From the NCBI RefSeq assembly GCF_000015225.1, contig NC_008698.1, positions 1,380,001-1,412,000 of the forward strand: DNA of 32,000 bases, written 5' to 3'. The DNA comes from Thermofilum pendens Hrk 5. GTDB lineage: Archaea; Thermoproteota; Thermoprotei; Thermofilales; Thermofilaceae. The notes under the pieces are model-generated. The model had not been told where the DNA came from. It did not search any database and saw nothing but the letters and a program-made list of their open reading frames with translations. Of this stretch, positions 22,891 to 32,000 are shown in pieces (positions within the stretch are counted from its first letter, which is position 1; each line of letters opens with the position of its first letter). Made by a program: the position numbers and the translations under genes.

Positions 22891-23801
22891 TTCCTGGCAC
22901 CCTCCTGGATCCTCGTTATCTTTACGTTCACGAACATGTACACCGCGAGGACGAGCGTTACTATCACGAGGATAGCGGCCGCCTTGCCGTACTCCGGAAC
23001 CGCCGAGCCGAAAGCCTTCTTGTAGCCGTAGAGCAGCAGGAACCTGTCCTCGAACAGGCTCCCGTTGAAGAGGAACGGTACCAGGAAGTACTGGAAGCTC
23101 GCCGCGGAGGTCAGTATAGTCGCGAAGATTATCGGCTTGCTAACTATGGGGATAATGACCTTGGTGAGCCTCTGCCAGTAGCTCGCGCCGTCCACTATAG
23201 CGGCCTCGATCAGAGTGTAGGGTACCGACTGCAGGGCGGCCGTTATAACCGTCAGCATGAACGGGTACGCTAGCCACACCTCGATGATGTTGAGGGCTAT
23301 AAAGCCCCACGTGATGTCCGTAGTCCAGTCAGGCGGGTTTGCGACTCCCAAAGCCCTCAGGACGCCGTTAACCGGCCCCACGACGGGGTCGAACATGAAG
23401 CGCCAGACCGTTATCGTGAAGAGAAGCGGCAGGGCCCAGGGGATTATCAAGAGGGACCTGTAGATAGCCCTCCCCCTAACGTACTTGCTGTTGTACAGAA
23501 CGCTGAGGAAAATACCGGTTAAAACCTTCAGGGTCACGCTCGTAGCTACGAAGACCCATGTCCACAGGAACGCTGTCCTGAACTTCTCGTCGCTCAGAGC
23601 CCAGACGAAGTTCTCCAAGCCCACTATCCTTAGGGGCTCCGCGGTGGGGGCCTGGACGGGGAAGTTCCCGAGCTTCGCGTTGGTAAAAGCTATGAAGACC
23701 GAGTAGAAGATCGGGTAGACGTTGAAGAAGAGGAACGCCGCCATACCCGGTAGTATCAGTGTTAGAGCCGCAAGAGACTCTTTCTTCATCCCGGTAAACA
23801 C
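22887..23801 (-). CDS. Sugar ABC transporter permease, MalF-like (short form without a P2 loop)
   Basis: EAA loop IEAAIVDGASYWQRLTKVIIP. 6 TM. GTG 23801 or ATG 23789 (MKKESL...). Confidence 0.88.
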   Translation of the reverse strand: MFTGMKKESLAALTLILPGMAAFLFFNVYPIFYSVFIAFTNAKLGNFPVQAPTAEPLRIVGLENFVWALSDEKFRTAFLWTWVFVATSVTLKVLTGIFLSVLYNSKYVRGRAIYRSLLIIPWALPLLFTITVWRFMFDPVVGPVNGVLRALGVANPPDWTTDITWGFIALNIIEVWLAYPFMLTVITAALQSVPYTLIEAAIVDGASYWQRLTKVIIPIVSKPIIFATILTSAASFQYFLVPFLFNGSLFEDRFLLLYGYKKAFGSAVPEYGKAAAILVIVTLVLAVYMFVNVKITRIQEGARK

Positions 23802-23814
23802 CCGGCAGGTTTAC

Positions 23815-23836
23815 AAAAAAGAATGGTTTTGAAAAA
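23815..23836 (-). terminator. Oligo-T tracts (minus strand TATTTTT...CTTTTTT) directly after the binding-protein stop
   Basis: A6 at 23815-23820 and A5 at 23832-23836 on the plus strand. The position between the SBP and permease genes suggests partial termination. Confidence 0.4.
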
Positions 23837-23838
23837 TA

Positions 23839-25092
<1,254 letters not shown>

Positions 25093-25113
25093 TTACTCCT
25101 GCAAATTCCTACA

Positions 25114-25120
25114 TTTATAC
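25114..25120 (-). promoter_or_regulatory. TATA box for the binding-protein/permease operon
   Basis: Minus strand GTATAAATG lies ~31 nt upstream of ATG 25086, with GGAG ~10 nt upstream of the ATG. Confidence 0.45.
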
Positions 25121-25147
25121 TTTTCGCAATAATTAAACATACCTTTT

Positions 25148-25157
25148 AAAGAAAAAA
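25148..25157 (-). terminator. Oligo-T terminator after the CGTase-like gene
   Basis: Minus strand TAA-GTTTTTTCTTT immediately after the stop at 25159-25161. Confidence 0.45.
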
Positions 25158-25158
25158 C

Positions 25159-27378
25159 TTACCCGTTAGCAGTGACGGACACTCTTCCTATCCCGTCCGA
25201 GGGAGTAGTGTAAGCATGGTTGCTTCCAGGCTCCCAGACCCCGGTACCGCCTAGCGGAGCCTTCAAGAACTTGAACTCTATGTACGTATTCGCCGGGACA
25301 CTGGCGACGACGAACCAGTTAGGCCACGCTGGGCAAAGCATGGGTCCCACAGCCCTCGTAGTTGCGGGGCTCCAGTTGCTTAGCTCTGGGACGCTACCGG
25401 TTAGCCACAGGAACTCTCCAGGCACTGTCTCCAGGGTTGTTCCCTTGGTGTTCTGCACCTCGAATATAACGGGGATTTGTCTACCCGAGAGGTACTGGAA
25501 AGCTATCCCGTTCGACGTCGCCCCGTCGGCTCTTTTAACAATCACCGTTACGTGGTTGTCGTTGAGAGGAGTTGTTACCCCTGAGGGAACTATGAACTCT
25601 ATGCTTTTATCACTCCAGTACGTAACTGTAGCGCTCCACGTGCTCTGCCCGTTCGTTATCAGGACTTGTCCCGGCTGGCTACCGAACCCTTCCCCGCTGA
25701 TCACGACTACGTTCCCAGCCCTGCCCATCGTCGGGTCTATGGCTCCTACCCATGGACCGCTCGGTACTGCTTTGTACTGCCACACGGAAACGGAGCCGGG
25801 GGGCAAGGTTACCGAGAACTTACCGCCTACGACTTTGATGCTTGTCCCGTTGATAAGCCCTCCTAGATAGTCGCTGTACACCCCGTCGGGGAGGGAAGTG
25901 TAAACATTGGAAACGGCAACCGGGGAGTTTAGGTTCCGGTTTATGGCTACGAGGACCACGTTTCCGAAGAACTTTCTCTCAAAGATGTACACGTCGCTAC
26001 TCACGTACCGCGTGGTTACCAAGCCGTAGGCTAGAGCGGTATTAGCGCGCCTTAACTGTGCCAAGGCTTTTATCAACTTGAACGCCGTGGTCGTAGTGTC
26101 CCAGGATGTCATCATAGGCCTGTTGTAAGGATCTCCCCCAACCTGCCCGAACTCGTTCGTTGCGTCGTAGTGTAGGTACTGCTCGTCCCCGTAGTATATC
26201 ACCGGGATGCCGGGGGCGGTCATCACGAATGCTAGCACCTGGTGGAACCTCGTGATACTCTTGCTCAGCGAGAGGAACCTCGGCACGTCGTGGCTGTCTA
26301 TAAAGTTAACCAGCTTGTTTTGCCACATAAAGTTACTCGTATACTTCTTGACCGCGTTGTCCAAGTCGTACATGGTCTTTGTGTCGTAGGCGAATACGTC
26401 TACTAGGACCTGCTGAAGCGGTATGTTGATAACGCTGATCCCGCTGTCGTTCGCGAACTTAACCATGTCCCAGTACATCTCGTCGTTAAAGCTTTGGTAC
26501 CACTCTCCGAACATGAAGACGTTTTTTATCGCGTACACGTAGTCGGCGTACGTCTTCAGCCAGCCCGGCTCCACGTGTTTAACGGCGTCCAGCCGTATCC
26601 CCCCGATACCGGCCTTCAGGTACAAAGCCGTAGATTCCTTGAGGTATCTATCCACCCAAGGGTTCAGCTGGTTAAAGTCAGCCAGGTTGAACAGGTTCTT
26701 GTACCTAACCTCCCACCTGTCGTTCCAGTTCGTAATCCCCCCATTGTGGTTGTATATATTCGAGAGACTACGAGTTATTGGGTCAACCGTAGCGTATTTT
26801 GCATCCGTTGGATAGTCGGTGACGAACGTACCGTTATCGTATAGTGCTCCGTATTCGCCGGCATCGCTTGGGTTGCTGTGGTTTACAACGAAATCGATAA
26901 TTACCGTGATGTTGTACTTCCTGGCTTCCTGTATGAGTTTGTAGAAAGTGCTCCAGGAACCGAAGTGTTCCTCTATTACTTTAAAGTCCTTAGGCCAATA
27001 GCCGTGATACCCTGCCTGCAGGCCGCTACTAGTGTTTATAGCGACGTCTATATTGTCGAAGACAGGCGATATCCATATAGCGGTAACTCCGAGTTCATAG
27101 AGGTACGGTAGTTTCGCTATTATACCATCGATATCGCCGCCCCAGTACAGCCTCCAGTTAGTCTTGGTGGGGTCGTAGAGACCCGGGCTTTTCGCAGGGT
27201 TGTTGTTCGACGTGTTCCCGTCGTAGAACCTATCGATGACGATTTGGTAGATAACCCACGTCTGGGGATCCCCCGTCGGGTAGGAGGGGCTGGGTCCCGC
27301 TGTTGCTTGAGAGGTCCCAATCAGTACTCCTAGTAGGAGAAGTATTGCCAAAATTGCGGCGATTTTTCTGCTTCTCAC
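25159..27378 (-). CDS. Secreted GH13 enzyme with C-terminal CBM20: cyclomaltodextrin glucanotransferase-like (CGTase / maltogenic alpha-amylase architecture)
   Basis: Signal peptide MRSRKIAAILAILLLLGVLIGTSQA. GH13 regions DFVVNHSNP, GGIRLDAVKHV, FMFGEWY and FIDSHDVPRF. C-terminal starch-binding domain LWLTGSVPELSNWSP...WFVVASVPANTYIEFKFLK. 739 aa. Confidence 0.85.
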   Translation of the reverse strand: MRSRKIAAILAILLLLGVLIGTSQATAGPSPSYPTGDPQTWVIYQIVIDRFYDGNTSNNNPAKSPGLYDPTKTNWRLYWGGDIDGIIAKLPYLYELGVTAIWISPVFDNIDVAINTSSGLQAGYHGYWPKDFKVIEEHFGSWSTFYKLIQEARKYNITVIIDFVVNHSNPSDAGEYGALYDNGTFVTDYPTDAKYATVDPITRSLSNIYNHNGGITNWNDRWEVRYKNLFNLADFNQLNPWVDRYLKESTALYLKAGIGGIRLDAVKHVEPGWLKTYADYVYAIKNVFMFGEWYQSFNDEMYWDMVKFANDSGISVINIPLQQVLVDVFAYDTKTMYDLDNAVKKYTSNFMWQNKLVNFIDSHDVPRFLSLSKSITRFHQVLAFVMTAPGIPVIYYGDEQYLHYDATNEFGQVGGDPYNRPMMTSWDTTTTAFKLIKALAQLRRANTALAYGLVTTRYVSSDVYIFERKFFGNVVLVAINRNLNSPVAVSNVYTSLPDGVYSDYLGGLINGTSIKVVGGKFSVTLPPGSVSVWQYKAVPSGPWVGAIDPTMGRAGNVVVISGEGFGSQPGQVLITNGQSTWSATVTYWSDKSIEFIVPSGVTTPLNDNHVTVIVKRADGATSNGIAFQYLSGRQIPVIFEVQNTKGTTLETVPGEFLWLTGSVPELSNWSPATTRAVGPMLCPAWPNWFVVASVPANTYIEFKFLKAPLGGTGVWEPGSNHAYTTPSDGIGRVSVTANG

Positions 27379-27398
27379 GGATTTGCTTCGAAAGTTTT

Positions 27399-27408
27399 TA
27401 TTTATAAA
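27399..27408 (-). promoter_or_regulatory. TATA box (minus strand TTTATAAATA) for the CGTase-like gene
   Basis: Centre is ~25 nt upstream of GTG 27378, inside a very AT-rich 68-bp spacer. Confidence 0.55.
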
Positions 27409-27446
27409 TTTTTCTGATCTAATTTAAATTATTAACGTGCGGGTAA

Positions 27447-28319
27447 TTAGGGCCTCAGGGCTTCTTTTATGCTTGGTGGTTCCCGGCTCAGCAGGTTCTT
27501 GCCTTTCAGGATCGTTTCCTCGTATGTAGGCTTCTCCGCCTTGTAGAAGATGCCAATCGGTATTCTTCCGCTGTCGTCTACCCCGTAGTTCCACTCCTCG
27601 GCTTTCCTCATTGCCGCCTCGTAGCTCGTGTAGTCGTGGCCGGCTTCCTGGAGGTCGTAGACCCTGGCGTTGTAGTACTTGTACGTATCGAAGAACGTCA
27701 CGCAGGGTTGGAGCACGTCTATCACCGCGAAACCCCTGTGCATAATAGCCTGCTTTATGAGTCCCTTTAAGTGGTCCGGTCTCGCCGAGTAGCCCCTAGC
27801 GACGAAAGAGGCGCCGCTAGCCAGGAGGAGCTTCACGGGGTTTAAGGGGTCTTCGACAGAGCCTTTGGGCGTCGACCTACCCGGGAAGCCTTTAGGAGAC
27901 GTAGGTGTGTACTGACCTGTCGTTAGCCCGTAGACTCTGTTGTCGTGTACTATCACCTTTATCCCGATGTTCCTTTTAGCGGCAAATACTAGGTGTTCTA
28001 GCCCCTCTCCGTAGGCGTCTCCGTCGCCTACAAAGACTACTACCTGGAGCCTTGGGTTCGCGATTTTTATCCCCGTTGCTACGGTTATCGCTCTCCCGTG
28101 TAGCGACCGGAAGGAGTTGAGGTTTATGTAGTCTACAATCTTGTCGTGGCAACCTATACCGGCTACCACGACTATGTCCTCTCTATTCACTACCCCTTCG
28201 TTTATCAGCTCGGCGAACGCAGTTTTAGCCGCCCTCTCTATCCCGAAGTTCCCGCAACCGGGGCACCAGGTGTTCTTGGCGTACGTTCCCAAGTCTTTCA
28301 GGCTTACGAGGAGTTTCAC
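27447..28319 (-). CDS. 2-oxoacid:ferredoxin oxidoreductase, beta subunit (TPP-binding)
   Basis: Motifs WCPGCGNFGI, GIGCHDK and VFVGDGDAYGEG (TPP motif). GTGA overlap with the alpha subunit. Confidence 0.9.
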   Translation of the reverse strand: MKLLVSLKDLGTYAKNTWCPGCGNFGIERAAKTAFAELINEGVVNREDIVVVAGIGCHDKIVDYINLNSFRSLHGRAITVATGIKIANPRLQVVVFVGDGDAYGEGLEHLVFAAKRNIGIKVIVHDNRVYGLTTGQYTPTSPKGFPGRSTPKGSVEDPLNPVKLLLASGASFVARGYSARPDHLKGLIKQAIMHRGFAVIDVLQPCVTFFDTYKYYNARVYDLQEAGHDYTSYEAAMRKAEEWNYGVDDSGRIPIGIFYKAEKPTYEETILKGKNLLSREPPSIKEALRP

Positions 28320-29980
28320 GCCGCACCACCCCTCAGTAGGCGCTCCTCCAGTTCCTCTACGGAGAAAGGCCTGCCGTTGTACTTCAGTATCCTGCCGTCA
28401 ACCCTGAAGCCGTTGTAGCTGAGCCACGTAGCCAGCTGGCCCGTAGAGTTCACTTCGACGCTTACGATCCTCCTCCCGGGATCTATAAGTTTCTTCAGCT
28501 CCCAGGTCGGGAGAGGGTACAGGCAGAGTGGTTGCACGACGTAGAGGCCGAGCCTCTCAGCTACCTCGACTACTACACCCTTCGTGGAGCCCCAGGTGAC
28601 CAGGACGGTCTCGCTTCCCTCGTTGCCGTAAGTCTTTACACAAGGCTTTTCCCTCAGCTCCGACTCGATGGCCTTCATTTTCCTAAGCCTTTTCTCGTGG
28701 CCCCTGGCCACGAGAACCGGGTCTTCCGTCGTTAAGCCGTACTCGTCGTGCTCGTAGCTGTTAGCCTTCACGATAGCCCCCGGTGTTCCGGGGAAGGCCA
28801 GCGGGGAGACTCCGTCCTCGGTGAAGAGGTACCTCTTGTACTCCCCCGTACCGTCCCAAAGCTTCTCCTGCTCCACCTTGACTGAACCCTCGTCTACGAT
28901 AGCCGTGTACACGCTCTCGCTGAGGTGCTTGTCGCTCAGCACGATTACGGGGACCTGGAACTTCCAGGCTAGGTTCATCGCCTCTCCAGATAGCTGGAAG
29001 GCTTCGTCCGCGTCGCCTGGGGCTAGGACCACCCTTGGAAACTCCCCGTGCCCGGCGAAAATCGCGAAGAACAGGTCGCCTTGCTCCGTATACGTCGGGA
29101 CTCCGGTCGCCGGACCGGGCCTCTGGGCTAGGAAGATCACTACGGGTATCTCCGCCTGGCCGGCGAGGCTTAAGTGTTCAACCATCAAGGCGAAGCCCCC
29201 GCCAGACGTGCCCACCGCTACTCTCGCACCCGCGTAGGCCGCCCCCTCGGCTATGCCTATAACGGCGATCTCATTCTCCGGGTGGATCACCACGATCCCG
29301 AACTTGTCCTCGTTCGCGGCGAGGTAGTGCAGGATACTGGAGGACGGCGTCATAGGATATGCTACGTAGAGCTTCATCCCGGCCTTAACCGCTCCGAGAG
29401 ACAGCGCCTCGTTACCAGTTACAAGGTAGCCCGGCGGGCTTCCGAGAACATCCAACTTGAACATACCCGCGTACTTCCCGGTCGACGCGTAACCCTCCCT
29501 CGCCAGCTCCAAGTTTTCTTCAACGTTCCTGCTGATAGCCCTTCGGACAACGCTTTCAACGAGCGAGAACTCTACTCCCAGCATTGACGCCAAAGCCCCT
29601 ACAGCGACGCTGTTCCTCATAATTAGCGGAAGCCCCCTTCTCTTCGCCATCTCCGCCATCGGTATCCCCAGGCCCTCCGCCTTGACGCTACCCGAGTCGA
29701 ACACTACGAGGGAACGTTCACCCAGCCTCCAGCTGTGCTTCTCCACGCTCTCCTGGTTCAGCGCCACTAAGATTTCTACCCTGTCTCTGTGGGCCTGCAC
29801 CTTCCTACGGGAAGCCCGCACAATCGCGAAGTTGTGACCTCCCCTTATCAGGGACTGGTAATCGTCGTAGACAAAGGTCCAGTAGCCCATCTTGTTGAAG
29901 AGATTCGCTATAATCACGCCCGTCTGCCTGATGCCGTCTCCAGCTTGCCCTCCAATAAGCACCGATAGCTCTTCAACCAT
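28316..29980 (-). CDS. 2-oxoacid:ferredoxin oxidoreductase, alpha subunit (fused gamma-alpha type)
   Basis: N-terminal gamma-like IGGQAGDGIRQTG. Alpha-domain motif VAYPMTPSS. Two-subunit organisation as in Sulfolobus/Aeropyrum-type OFOR. Confidence 0.9.
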   Translation of the reverse strand: MVEELSVLIGGQAGDGIRQTGVIIANLFNKMGYWTFVYDDYQSLIRGGHNFAIVRASRRKVQAHRDRVEILVALNQESVEKHSWRLGERSLVVFDSGSVKAEGLGIPMAEMAKRRGLPLIMRNSVAVGALASMLGVEFSLVESVVRRAISRNVEENLELAREGYASTGKYAGMFKLDVLGSPPGYLVTGNEALSLGAVKAGMKLYVAYPMTPSSSILHYLAANEDKFGIVVIHPENEIAVIGIAEGAAYAGARVAVGTSGGGFALMVEHLSLAGQAEIPVVIFLAQRPGPATGVPTYTEQGDLFFAIFAGHGEFPRVVLAPGDADEAFQLSGEAMNLAWKFQVPVIVLSDKHLSESVYTAIVDEGSVKVEQEKLWDGTGEYKRYLFTEDGVSPLAFPGTPGAIVKANSYEHDEYGLTTEDPVLVARGHEKRLRKMKAIESELREKPCVKTYGNEGSETVLVTWGSTKGVVVEVAERLGLYVVQPLCLYPLPTWELKKLIDPGRRIVSVEVNSTGQLATWLSYNGFRVDGRILKYNGRPFSVEELEERLLRGGAA

Positions 29981-30003
29981 CGAACAGAGTTTCCAGAGGA
30001 ATC

Positions 30004-30010
30004 TAATAAA
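30004..30010 (-). promoter_or_regulatory. TATA box for the OFOR operon
   Basis: Minus strand GTTTATTAG is centred 27 nt upstream of ATG 29980. Confidence 0.5.
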
Positions 30011-30144
30011 CTTTCCTTTTTAATAAATTTTGGTGAAACTATTCCCCAAATCTCTTTGAATAAACGAGCCAAAAAAGGCTCTATGACAACGGCATAGAAA
30101 AGTTAATCTAGCCTTTTGGGCGCCAACTAACCGCCGGTGGAAAC

Positions 30145-30321
30145 ATGCAAGAGAAAAAGTACAAGAAGTACAGGTGCACCGTGTGCGGCTATGTGTACTC
30201 TCCGGAGCTAGGAGACCCCGATTCCAACATACCTCCAGGAACACCTTTCGAGGAACTCCCGGAGAACTGGGTTTGCCCGGTCTGCGGCGCAACAAAGGAT
30301 TTATTCGAGCCTGTGGAGTAG
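30145..30321 (+). CDS. Rubredoxin (58 aa), absent from the supplied ORF track
   Basis: My translation: [58 protein letters not shown]. Both CxxCG knuckles (CTVCG, CPVCG) and the conserved PGTPFE.LP..W core are present. GGTGG lies 5 nt upstream of the ATG. Confidence 0.9.
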   Translation: MQEKKYKKYRCTVCGYVYSPELGDPDSNIPPGTPFEELPENWVCPVCGATKDLFEPVE

Positions 30322-30334
30322 CTGCCTCGACGTC

Positions 30335-31975
30335 TTAGCGGTCTCCGGCGACTACGCTGGAGAACGGTCCTAGAAGCTTTTCTTTGACGCTTCCCGAGCG
30401 GAAGAGCACGCTCTGCGCGGGCTCTTCGAGTACGGCTTCGCTTTCGGAGTAGTTTATGGCGACGAGGATGCTTTCGTCGCCGAGTCTCCTCCTGTACACG
30501 AGTAGCCCTCCCTCGAATCTCACCGGCTCGAATGCCCCTCTCTGTAGCGCCGCGCTCCTCCTCCTAAGCGACGCCAGCGCCCTCGTAGCCTCCAGTATCG
30601 CTTTGTCCCAGGTTGACTCGTCCCAGCGCATGGGGGCCCTGGAACGCTCCATGAACGGCGAGTCCGTGTTCTCCAGGCCTACCTCGTCGCCGTAGTATAT
30701 GGAGGGGACCCCCTTGTACGTGAAGAGGAAGACCAGGGCGCAGAGGTACTTGTCCCTGTCGCCCACGAGGGATAGGAGCCTGTCCACGTCGTGGTTGTCG
30801 AGGAAGTTGTACATCGCGTACTCCCCGGGGCCGTAGTACACGCTTAGAAGCTCGAGCCTGTTGAGGAACTCCTCGGCGGTTATCTCCCGGTAGGCGAAGA
30901 ACCTGAGAACCGCGTCGTAGAGCAGGTAGTTCATAGCGCCGTGGAACTTGTCGAAGAGCCATATGCGCGCGTCGTCCATGACCTCGCCGAAGAGGTAGAC
31001 GTCCCCTGGGAGGGTCTCCCTGAACTCCCTCCAAAGCTCGGGGGGCACGCCGTGCGCCACGTCTAGCCTCCAGCCGTCTACCCCCCTGGAGACCCAGTAC
31101 CTGCCGACGCCGGTTATGAAGCTCCTGACCTCCGGGTTGTCGTGGTTCAGGCGGGGCATCAGCCATACGTCGAAGAAGCTCTCGTACCTCCGCGGGTACT
31201 TCTTCAGCTCGTGCCGCGGCGCCCCGGACCTCAGGGCTTCGAGGAACTCCCGCGGGACGACGGGGAAGCCCAGCACCCTGTAGAAGCCCTTGTACCGCGA
31301 CTCCTCCCCCTTCTCCACGAGGTCCTGGAAGTACGGGTGAAAGAAGCTCGTGTGGTGGAAGACTCCGTCCAGTACTACCCTCATCCCCCTCTTCTTCAGC
31401 TCCGCGAGGAGCCTCCCGAACGCCTCGTCCCCGCCGAGCCTGCCGGCTACGCGGTAGTAGTCCACGACGTCGTAGCCGTGGTAAGTCGTGGACTCGAAGA
31501 TGGGGGTAAGGTACAGCGCGTTCGCCCCCAGCCCCGAGACGTGGTTTAGCCTTTCGGCTATCTCTTCGAGGCCTCCCTCCGCGAACCTGTCCGGCATAAT
31601 CTGGTAGAACACGCTTCCGTACACCCACTCCGGCACCCGGATAAGGCTTTCCAGGGACTTGACGTCTACGGAGAACTCCCCGTAGCGGTGGAGCCTCCCT
31701 CCCCCGAGAACCTCAAAGTAGTAGGATACCTCCCCGCCCGCCTCGAGGCTCGCCTCGTAGTAGTCGAATACCTCGTCGCGGGCCTTCAGCCTCATCTCCA
31801 GCCTCCTGCCGTCGACAACCAAGAAAGCCTTCTGGAGGCTCCCCCTGAGCGCCCTGAGCCTAACGAAGAGCACGCCCCCGAAGGGGTAAACGTAGGTCAA
31901 GCTCGGGTAGTGGTACAATGCCTCCTCGCAGAAGCCGTTGCAGGACGCCGGGTCGAAGCCAAGGAGCTTAGCCAC
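30335..31975 (-). CDS. Cytoplasmic GH13 alpha-glucan hydrolase (cyclomaltodextrinase / neopullulanase-like)
   Basis: No signal peptide. GH13 regions VVLDGVFHHTS, GVDGWRLDVAHGVP, YLFGEVMDD and FLDNHDVDR, with an N-terminal beta domain. GTG start at 31975. Confidence 0.85.
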   Translation of the reverse strand: MAKLLGFDPASCNGFCEEALYHYPSLTYVYPFGGVLFVRLRALRGSLQKAFLVVDGRRLEMRLKARDEVFDYYEASLEAGGEVSYYFEVLGGGRLHRYGEFSVDVKSLESLIRVPEWVYGSVFYQIMPDRFAEGGLEEIAERLNHVSGLGANALYLTPIFESTTYHGYDVVDYYRVAGRLGGDEAFGRLLAELKKRGMRVVLDGVFHHTSFFHPYFQDLVEKGEESRYKGFYRVLGFPVVPREFLEALRSGAPRHELKKYPRRYESFFDVWLMPRLNHDNPEVRSFITGVGRYWVSRGVDGWRLDVAHGVPPELWREFRETLPGDVYLFGEVMDDARIWLFDKFHGAMNYLLYDAVLRFFAYREITAEEFLNRLELLSVYYGPGEYAMYNFLDNHDVDRLLSLVGDRDKYLCALVFLFTYKGVPSIYYGDEVGLENTDSPFMERSRAPMRWDESTWDKAILEATRALASLRRRSAALQRGAFEPVRFEGGLLVYRRRLGDESILVAINYSESEAVLEEPAQSVLFRSGSVKEKLLGPFSSVVAGDR

Positions 31976-32000
31976 GCTAACCCTCTCCTCAAACTTGTAA

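Noticed and set aside
26220-26226. A minus-strand GTGATGA (C-box-like) inside the CGTase-like gene.
   Set aside because: No CTGA D/D' boxes occur at 12-nt spacing downstream, and it lies within coding sequence. It is a chance occurrence.
30020-30295. A 91-aa minus-strand ORF.
   Set aside because: It is antisense to an unmistakable rubredoxin gene, and its product is Cys/Arg-rich nonsense.

Overview
GC-rich archaeal chromosomal segment, most likely from a hyperthermophilic crenarchaeon (Thermoproteota). This is supported by TATA boxes about 25 nt upstream of leaderless starts, C/D-box sRNAs, a DGGGP synthase, a two-subunit 2-oxoacid:ferredoxin oxidoreductase and a PaREP1-like gene. Calls rest on motif recognition by eye; no searches were run. 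Nt 1-2550 is housekeeping: the 3' part of a P-type ATPase gene and a thioredoxin-CcdA membrane oxidoreductase. Nt ~2800-15300 is an accessory, defence-island-like stretch. It holds two unannotated C/D-box sRNAs bracketing a PD-(D/E)xK (DUF3782-like) gene, Bcp peroxiredoxin, a PHP metallohydrolase and two HEPN/MNT pairs, both with compromised HEPN genes. It also holds VapBC, a membrane coiled-coil protein, a frameshifted MFS transporter and a polyprenol-kinase-like membrane protein. The most interesting candidate sits here: a translationally coupled NurA-HerA pair, divergent from a Csa3/CARF-like wHTH regulator across a repeat-rich 250-bp control region, followed by a PaREP1/HEPN-like gene. Nt 15477-21512 holds a split C-N hydrolase + NadE, an ABC-2 exporter, a retropepsin-like gene flanked by ~34-bp direct repeats, and DGGGP synthase + kinase. 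Nt 21556-31975 is a cyclodextrin/maltodextrin cluster: MalG-like permease with a large insert, MalF-like, MalE-like, a secreted CGTase-like GH13 with CBM20, and a cytoplasmic GH13. The cluster is interrupted by OFOR alpha/beta and a 58-aa rubredoxin missing from the ORF track. No tRNA, rRNA, CRISPR array, transposase or integrase was seen.
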